From: an uncultured Planctomycetota bacterium
GTDB taxonomy: Bacteria > Planctomycetota > SKW154 > DAOVDS01
Reading direction: 5' to 3'
DNA length: 64,000 bases
NCBI GenBank assembly: GCA_964641955.1
Contig: CAZXNM010000018.1
Coordinates: 25,620-89,619, forward strand
Shown: positions 58,701-64,000 of the stretch, piece by piece
Layout: each line of letters opens with the position of its first letter
How positions within the stretch are numbered: the stretch's first letter is position 1
Notes under the pieces: generated by a model
Database searches by the model: none
The model's input: only the letters and a program-made list of their open reading frames with translations
Told to the model about the DNA's origin: nothing
Made by a program: the position numbers and the translations under genes

Positions 58701-59864
58701 GAGATACTGGATGGCGAGTTTCTTGTCCCGGTTGTGCTTGCGGCGAAGGTTGCACCACGCCGCCGCCCGGGCGATGAAGTGTTCCATGCGGTCCGGAATG
58801 GGAACCACCTGCGAGAAGAAATCCCGGCTGCTGACGGTCGGACCTGCGACTGCATGCGGCTCGATAATGCCACGGCTTTCCGATATCATCTGGAAGCCCC
58901 TGACCCTGCTTCGGGGGCGCTTCGTATCCCCGGCTTCCGGGTGCAGCCACTCGTCAATCGTCTCGCCCATCAGGGACATCGGCTGAATCACGGGCGCGCC
59001 GAGGGAGATGTAGAACTCGACCTTTCCGCTCTTGCCGGTGTGCCTCATAAGCAAATCGGGCTTGAACTCCCTCATGTATTTCTCGTAAGTCTCACCGATT
59101 GTGTTTATGGCGGCTGCAAGCATTCCATGCTTCTCGAACGCACGTATCAGCATGTCCACGTATTCCGGGCGGTGAACGACATGACCCATGTTCGTCTCTA
59201 TGAGCGCCCGCGGGGCGTCGATGTCCCTGCCCTGCTTGCGGGCCCACTGCAGGAACTCCTCCACGCTCGCGAAAGTCCCCTCGTGGTCGGGGTGATAGAA
59301 CCACCGGCTCTCGTATTTCTCCGGGGGCTCGACCTTCCCGGGCCGTCCCAGGTACGTCACGGCCAGGTATACCAGGTATCGCCGCATGTTTTCCTGCGAT
59401 ATGGCCTGGAACCAGGTGTACTTTTCAATCTCGGCATCTTTCTCGACCGTCCCGCTTTCAATCAGGCCCGGAAAGCTCTTCTGGAACTGGCCGGCACCCC
59501 GGCCGCCCACCACGATGCGCATATTCGGATGCTGTTTATTCGCGGAAACAAGGAACTTTTCAAGAAGCTCCTTGTCTTCCTTGCTGTCCAAACCTCTTAT
59601 TCCCCCTAGGATAATGAGCCGGCAGGAGGACAGGTCCACTGCTTTTCGCTTGATGTCCTCGTTCGTGAAGGATACGACCTGCACGCCCAGCGATTCCTTG
59701 AGCTCCTTGAAGCGGTCTGCCAAGAATCCCCCCATGCCGTAGATGCAGATAACTTCCGGCTTCTCCGGCTCCTGCCCGCGGACCTTTCCGGGCAATCCGA
59801 CGCTGGCAATCAGGACCGCAAGACTTATCAGGACGGCGATTGTCAGGCTCTTTTTCTTTACCAT
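55743..59864 (-). CDS. CobN/Mg-chelatase-family protein with a signal peptide and C-terminal TM anchor (HmuS-like), divergent
   Basis: ATG 59864, hydrophobic N-terminus, VLPTGRN, LGRPRIDV, KWIEGMMEEGYAGA, WFEAKNPYA, and a C-terminal TM helix. Confidence 0.88.
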   Translation of the reverse strand: MVKKKSLTIAVLISLAVLIASVGLPGKVRGQEPEKPEVICIYGMGGFLADRFKELKESLGVQVVSFTNEDIKRKAVDLSSCRLIILGGIRGLDSKEDKELLEKFLVSANKQHPNMRIVVGGRGAGQFQKSFPGLIESGTVEKDAEIEKYTWFQAISQENMRRYLVYLAVTYLGRPGKVEPPEKYESRWFYHPDHEGTFASVEEFLQWARKQGRDIDAPRALIETNMGHVVHRPEYVDMLIRAFEKHGMLAAAINTIGETYEKYMREFKPDLLMRHTGKSGKVEFYISLGAPVIQPMSLMGETIDEWLHPEAGDTKRPRSRVRGFQMISESRGIIEPHAVAGPTVSSRDFFSQVVPIPDRMEHFIARAAAWCNLRRKHNRDKKLAIQYLGPPDKGEMLVGTQDTLYAESIINLLKRMKREGYVVNKIPKDQDELIDWMIDHGRQILSDAPDELDKLARSGKAVLLPVETYRKWFEAKVPEEQRKAVIKEWGEIPGKFMVWKDDRGKQFLVIPKIDLDGSKVILVPKQFPEGEDALDQDNREALLKRLREDPYNVQPSHNELAANFWIEEGFKTDALVVWEFLIMDYCLPRKAIGLRRADWPDILMGNMPNVRVWPICELNWSLPARRKTRAVLDDHLVSPDVNAELADELLNLQTDIIKWDRTPEGALEEKFRASITQQVRETHLDQDLRLDLKRDQLLTPEEIRSIAGYLSEIYHEKINVNYHVMGQPPRDDLLAPYVVTCLGGHFLDGLDETVPVPPEHDRLPGDRKKYLRQKAQEVIEKVLKQNQSPGEAIASVGGKIGEQGMPRKLKEGFDAAKHLHDGFARTHMEIDNYLVALNGRFMPPGPGNLPERNPAVLPTGRNMYIMNPEEIPSKPSWELGKQLVDQLLAEKLKTDGCYPEKIGLSLNFRSTLMDYGVLESQILYLIGVRPVWDASNRVMDVALIPSKELGRPRIDVFVETYDYYVDYLEGRLRLWDKAIRMVSELDEPNNNLFKNRTRVYRELKVDGLSQERAETLSRARIFAMAPELVSYTHFLLLEETGKWDSRLELVDVYLEERDYAYTEGCWGEKTREAYRRHLQGTGVVLKNVTRGGPHRGGWYNGGNLCLVIKEVTGKEPDYFISDLRNPGEEEVVRAEDAMRKDIRATLFNRKWIEGMMEEGYAGAQQMAGGVFCTLGWEINREDSVSADIWEEIVNVYLRDKKNLNIREWFEAKNPYAFQGLTENLLEAIRKEYWRPDEATLLEIATAYAESVVRHGHSEPGEVNEKLDFFLARTLSAPGPDSTTGKVTRALLEQYRQKTAAEMASSRPEEAAPAPPVEEPEEETVEGKKMEPVKETSSVARTWPLTEMLIGLVVILVIYAGYRFRKGAPRFEAK

Positions 59865-59923
59865 GTCTGATTTCTCCCATGTCAGAAACGGCACGTCTGC
59901 CGAGTGTTTCTCCGTATTCCTTA

Positions 59924-62113
59924 TTAGAATTCGGCTGTCACGCTCAGCTTGAGGCTGAACGGGTCGCCGGGGCTGACCCTTATCTTGTGGCGGGCGCCCG
60001 TGTAGTATTTCTCGTTCGTGAGGTTGTCGATGTTCACACGGAATTTCCACGTGGCGTCCTTGCGCTTCAGCGGATACTCGAAAAACAGGCCCGCCACGCC
60101 GTATGCGGGAAGCTCGTATCCCGGCAGCGTCCCGTCGGTGTCCAGGTTCTTTGCGCCTTTGAACTTGAGGCTCGTTCCCATCTTCAGGTTGGCGAGCCTG
60201 CCGTAAGGAACCTTGTACGCCACCTGCGCTGCAATGTCATACCTCGGCTCTTGCCAGTAGCCTTCGTTGTTGAGTTTGCACGAAGGCACCAAAGTGCACG
60301 ACAACCGGGCGGACCAGTCTTTGGTTACCTGCCCGGCCGCGGTGAATTCGTAGCCGCGCGACCCCGTCTTGCTCGTAAGCTCTACGTAGGTACGGGTGGC
60401 GTCCCACTCGGGAAGGTTGTCCTGCTTCAGATAATAGGCCGAGACGGTGCACATGAGTTTCTTCGCGGGCTTCACCTTGAAGCCGCACTCGTTGAGTCTC
60501 GCCGACCATCCCTCGGTGATTCTGTCTCCATTGATATCGACCATGCCAAGGTTCGGCCCGTTGGTGTCCATGTACGCCGCGTAAACCGCAAAGGCGGGGT
60601 CGAAGAGATACGTGATGCCGTATCTGGTGGAGTTGTCACGCCCTCTGACGCCATCATCGTAGTGCTCGTCGTAGCGTCCGCCCGCAAGAAAGCGCCACGA
60701 TTTCCAGGAGAACTGGTCCTGCAGGAATATACCCGTGCGCTTGACGATAGACTCGCTCGGTGAACTTATCCTTCCACCAGGCTGGAGGGCGGGAAAGTCC
60801 AGAATCTCCGGGTCGGTCACATCGTACCAGTCGGCTGTCGTCAACCAGGCTCCAACACCTCTACGGTCCCTGATATCCAGGACCTCCACGCCCCCGACAA
60901 GCTTGTTGTCTAACTCCTTCCCGGATTTGTTATGAAGCATGAAGCTCACGTTGTATCCCTTACGCGTGGATACGTTGTCCCCGACGAATATACCCATGGG
61001 AGAGGTGCCCGTATTGCGTATCTCGTTAAAGAAATTGATATCCATCTTCCATCCCGCAGCGCTGTAGGCCAGCCCGCGGGTGACATACTGATTCCTGCCG
61101 CGGAACCACGATACTCCGGCATTGACGGTCAGAATTTCGTTGGGCTTCCATCTTATTCTGGATTGCCCGAGCTGTCCCGCGTAATAGGTGCGCGTGTCCT
61201 CGTTGCCGTAGTAGGTGTCATAGTCGCTTATCAGCTTGCCCTCTATCAGGGGGACACCGAAGTAAGAGGCTATATCCTTCCCCAGGCAGGAATAGTCGAA
61301 GAGTATCTCCAGACCTTCGGCGGGCAGCAGCTTGATGCTCGGAGCCACGATGTAGCCGACATCCGGCTTGATTTCACTCGGCAGGTAATGCGGCCGCTCC
61401 GTGTCCCTGGCCACGTTCAGGCGGAAAAGTACCCCTTTGGATACCGGTATGTTGTAATCTGCGTGAACACGGCGGGAATCATCTCCTTCATCCAGCCCCA
61501 GCAGCCCCACCGCGCTGAAAGTCGTCTTCAAAGACTGCTTCTCGAATGGCTCCTTCGTTACGATATTAATGCCGCCCCCGAGGCCGGCCGAGTTGTCACT
61601 GGAAAGAAACTGACCCTGGACCGCTGCAGCCGAGCCCTTGAAATACTCGATACGCTCGACTATCGCCGAGTCCAGAAACATGTTCATGTTCTTGGGAAGC
61701 GCGAACCCGTTGATTGTGGTCTCCGTGTCCCCGAATCCGCGAACCTTCGCGGCGGGCCCCCATCGTAACCCGAGAAACGGCGCTTCCGTGTAATCCACTC
61801 CCGATACCAGTTGCCAGGCATCCGCGAACTGCGTAACACCCAGCTCATGCAGCATCTGCCTGCCCAGCACTTCATACGAGAGGGGCAGCTCGATGGGCGG
61901 AGTATCGGTCAGCGTCAAACTCCTCGCCGGCGGTATCTCTTCGTCTTTTTCTCCCTTGACAACGACTTCGGGCAGCTCGACCTCCTTTTTCGGCTCATCT
62001 TTCTTGACTTTTTCCGTCGTCCCCGTCTGGGTGGATTTGCCTTCATCATCTTGGGCCAGGCCGGTTGAAGGTGTCAGGACTGCCAGAAACACGGCGATGC
62101 GCAGCCACTTCAT
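59924..62113 (-). CDS. TonB-dependent outer-membrane receptor
   Basis: ATG 62113 (SD AGGGG), signal peptide, TonB-box-like ELPEVVVKG, plug motifs RGF and ERIEYFKG, and C-terminal NIDNLTNEKYY...SVTAEF. Confidence 0.92.
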   Translation of the reverse strand: MKWLRIAVFLAVLTPSTGLAQDDEGKSTQTGTTEKVKKDEPKKEVELPEVVVKGEKDEEIPPARSLTLTDTPPIELPLSYEVLGRQMLHELGVTQFADAWQLVSGVDYTEAPFLGLRWGPAAKVRGFGDTETTINGFALPKNMNMFLDSAIVERIEYFKGSAAAVQGQFLSSDNSAGLGGGINIVTKEPFEKQSLKTTFSAVGLLGLDEGDDSRRVHADYNIPVSKGVLFRLNVARDTERPHYLPSEIKPDVGYIVAPSIKLLPAEGLEILFDYSCLGKDIASYFGVPLIEGKLISDYDTYYGNEDTRTYYAGQLGQSRIRWKPNEILTVNAGVSWFRGRNQYVTRGLAYSAAGWKMDINFFNEIRNTGTSPMGIFVGDNVSTRKGYNVSFMLHNKSGKELDNKLVGGVEVLDIRDRRGVGAWLTTADWYDVTDPEILDFPALQPGGRISSPSESIVKRTGIFLQDQFSWKSWRFLAGGRYDEHYDDGVRGRDNSTRYGITYLFDPAFAVYAAYMDTNGPNLGMVDINGDRITEGWSARLNECGFKVKPAKKLMCTVSAYYLKQDNLPEWDATRTYVELTSKTGSRGYEFTAAGQVTKDWSARLSCTLVPSCKLNNEGYWQEPRYDIAAQVAYKVPYGRLANLKMGTSLKFKGAKNLDTDGTLPGYELPAYGVAGLFFEYPLKRKDATWKFRVNIDNLTNEKYYTGARHKIRVSPGDPFSLKLSVTAEF

Positions 62114-62148
62114 AGAGTATCCCCTATAAGCATGTGGAGCATTGATAA

Positions 62149-62265
62149 TGAAAGGGTACTCCAGCGGCTTCGAGGATAAATCCCCGCTGCGACACTGGGA
62201 CTTGACACACGCAAGTCCTTCAACAGAAGAGTGTTCCTGCCCATCTGCCGAAGAGTACCCTTTCA
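62149..62265 (-). promoter_or_regulatory. Candidate cis-regulatory RNA (four-way junction) in the 5' leader of the TBDR-CobN operon
   Basis: 13-bp perfect closing stem TGAAAGGGTACTC/GAGTACCCTTTCA around three hairpins. The G-U pairs work only on the mRNA strand. Ends 35 nt upstream of the ATG. Confidence 0.5.
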
Positions 62266-62529
62266 ACCGGGATTTCGATGAGGATTGAATCCGCGAAGCA
62301 ACCGACAGGCAGGAACTATCCGACCTCAAACAGCAAATGATGTGCCACAGGCGGGTATCCCCGAGATGCGTTTCACATAGAAGCGCGTAATTGTCAGCCA
62401 GACAAACATTTATAAGCGATTGCTCTGGTTGCCGGCTTCCTCAGGATGGCAGGAGGCGGCGCTCAATTCCTATGCACACCGTGTCCACTTGCTGGCCAGT
62501 AGCCAGGTGCGCTGGGGCGTGGCGGATGG

Positions 62530-63969
62530 TCATTTCCGAGGGTAGACGCCGAGTTCGAGCGTCAGTTCAATCTCCTCACCCGCGCGCTTCACCTTGAATA
62601 CCGCCTTGTCGCCACGTTTCTTCTTCTTGAGGAGTTCGAGGTTGGCCTTGTGGTCATCCACCTGCTTGCCATCCATTGCGAGGATAATATCGCCGGCCTG
62701 TATTCCACCTTTTTGGGCAGGGGAGCCCGCGACGACTTCGCGGACCTTTGCGCCCTTGCCATTGTAGTTCTCGTCGAAGTAGACGCCCATCATGGGCTTG
62801 TTCACGCTTGAGACCCAGTTCTTCCATTCCGGTTCGAAGTCGTCGATCTTCTTCCCGACGACCTTCTCGAGTGCCTTGACGGCGGCTGCCGTCGTGTTTG
62901 TGGCATTGGGGTCATCCGGATATGTCTTTGTGTACTCCTTGTAGAACTTGTAAAGCAGGCCTTCTTCCTGCAGATAAAGGAACAGGTACTTCACAATCTG
63001 GTAGGCATGGGCGATATTCACTGCCGACCAGTTGTAAAACACGTTCTTGAATCCCTTGTATGTCCCGTTTTGTATCGACTGTTGAAGGCCCGGAAGCCGC
63101 CAGTGGTGCTGCCAGGAGAGATGACTCTTTATCTCGCCCGATTTCGTAAAAGTGGGACTTTCGTATAAAGTGCCGAATCCCTCGACTACCCACTGGGGCT
63201 GCGCGTCCTGTTTCCGGGCAAGCGCATCGGCCCAGTGCAGCGCATGGGTGAATTCGTGCGTGACAGTGCCAATTCCCGTGTCGATTCTCACGTAAAGGGT
63301 CTTGTGGGCGTGTACGTAAGCTCCCGCAGCTCTCGAATATCCTGCGCCGAGCAGTCTCGTGAAAGCCTGTCCGCCCGCGCAGATTACGACCGAGAGGTAG
63401 TAGTCGGGTTTCTTGGTGAAAAGGTGCTTCGCGTGAGAATCCGCCGTGAGCTGCAAGTTGCGAATTATATTCTGCATCTGCGCCGCCGACACCTCGTAGG
63501 CCACGATGAATTTGTACTTGTCGTCGCGGGCGTACTTGAACGGGTCGCCGAGCTTGCCTTTCCAGTATTCCAGTTTCTTGTCTGCTGCTGCCCTGACGTA
63601 CTTGTCCTTTTCCTTGAGGATAGCTTTGAAGTCATTGTCGTTCTTGAGCTTCTTGAGGTCCGGGTCGTCCTTCATCCGCTCGAAATACACGTAGCCCTTA
63701 TCCACGGCCATCTTGAGGCTCTCGACGGCGCTCTTCCTGTCGCCCTTGAGAGCTTGCGCGCATGCGAGGTCGTAATAGCCCACGGCGAAGTCCGGGCTGA
63801 GTTCCAGCACCTTCCTGTACAGCCCGATTGCCTCGTCGTAATTCTTGGACTGCTTGGCCTTGTTTGCCTGCGCGTAGAGCTGGTTCACATCCTGGGCCTG
63901 TGCCGGCAGACAGAGAATGGAAAGCAGTATAGGGACTGCGAAAACAATCGGTATCCTGCTCGAATGCAT
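62530..63969 (-). CDS. Secreted TPR + HExxH (DUF1570/peptidase-MA-like) + PDZ protein
   Basis: Signal peptide ending AQA-Q, TPR (YYDLACAQAL), THEFTH, WVVEGFG, and PDZ (GSPAQKGGIQAGDII). Confidence 0.85.
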   Translation of the reverse strand: MHSSRIPIVFAVPILLSILCLPAQAQDVNQLYAQANKAKQSKNYDEAIGLYRKVLELSPDFAVGYYDLACAQALKGDRKSAVESLKMAVDKGYVYFERMKDDPDLKKLKNDNDFKAILKEKDKYVRAAADKKLEYWKGKLGDPFKYARDDKYKFIVAYEVSAAQMQNIIRNLQLTADSHAKHLFTKKPDYYLSVVICAGGQAFTRLLGAGYSRAAGAYVHAHKTLYVRIDTGIGTVTHEFTHALHWADALARKQDAQPQWVVEGFGTLYESPTFTKSGEIKSHLSWQHHWRLPGLQQSIQNGTYKGFKNVFYNWSAVNIAHAYQIVKYLFLYLQEEGLLYKFYKEYTKTYPDDPNATNTTAAAVKALEKVVGKKIDDFEPEWKNWVSSVNKPMMGVYFDENYNGKGAKVREVVAGSPAQKGGIQAGDIILAMDGKQVDDHKANLELLKKKKRGDKAVFKVKRAGEEIELTLELGVYPRK

Positions 63970-64000
63970 AATGAAATCCTTTCCCTCTCATTCGGGAGCG

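Noticed and set aside
59865-60050. N-terminal extensions in the ORF track for CobN (60050), TBDR (62329), kinase (32011), esterase (46766) and others
   Set aside because: They overlap upstream genes or leaders, while downstream starts give an SD plus a proper signal peptide or domain start.
62142-62156. Fur box near the TBDR start (TGATAATG)
   Set aside because: Only one half-site is present; the second arm of the palindrome is missing.
62114-62529. Cobalamin, NiCo, Moco or Mn riboswitch upstream of the TBDR
   Set aside because: I could not find the B12-box signatures (AGGGAA...GGUG..AAUUCC, GCCACUG, AGCCAGGAGACC) or the junction sequences of the other families as I recall them. The structure is reported as unassigned instead.

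Overview
This is a 64 kb chromosomal segment, about 60% GC by eye, most likely from an anaerobic Planctomycetota-like bacterium. That assignment is inferred from the many secreted HEAT/WD40/WG/TPR proteins, DUF1570-like HExxH proteins, a zinc-ribbon PP2C, desulfoferrodoxin and an octaheme HAO-family cytochrome. It holds about 40 CDSs, including the housekeeping genes pcrA, pyrD, secA, waaA, pyk and tadA, plus tRNA-Ser(CGA). I found no CRISPR array, transposase or integrase. Four things stand out. (1) A radical SAM/SPASM enzyme resembling the rSAM/lipoprotein (splicease-like) branch sits directly upstream of a 484-aa membrane-anchored protein carrying three near-identical X-Y-G-V-(K/R)-P motifs, a candidate protein-backbone-modifying system. 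It lies within a larger cluster containing a Tat-signal AmmeMemoRadiSam enzyme, a membrane SAM-dependent transferase and two periplasmic paralogs, one with a c-heme motif. (2) An hmuRSUV-like tetrapyrrole/metal uptake operon encodes a CobN-like protein that has lost the family HxGxHG motif. (3) That operon is preceded by a 117-nt four-way-junction RNA structure matching no riboswitch consensus I can recall. (4) A secreted protein of about 1330 aa is built almost entirely of FP(F/L)(Y/F)W repeats. All family assignments come from motif recognition by eye; no database searches were run.
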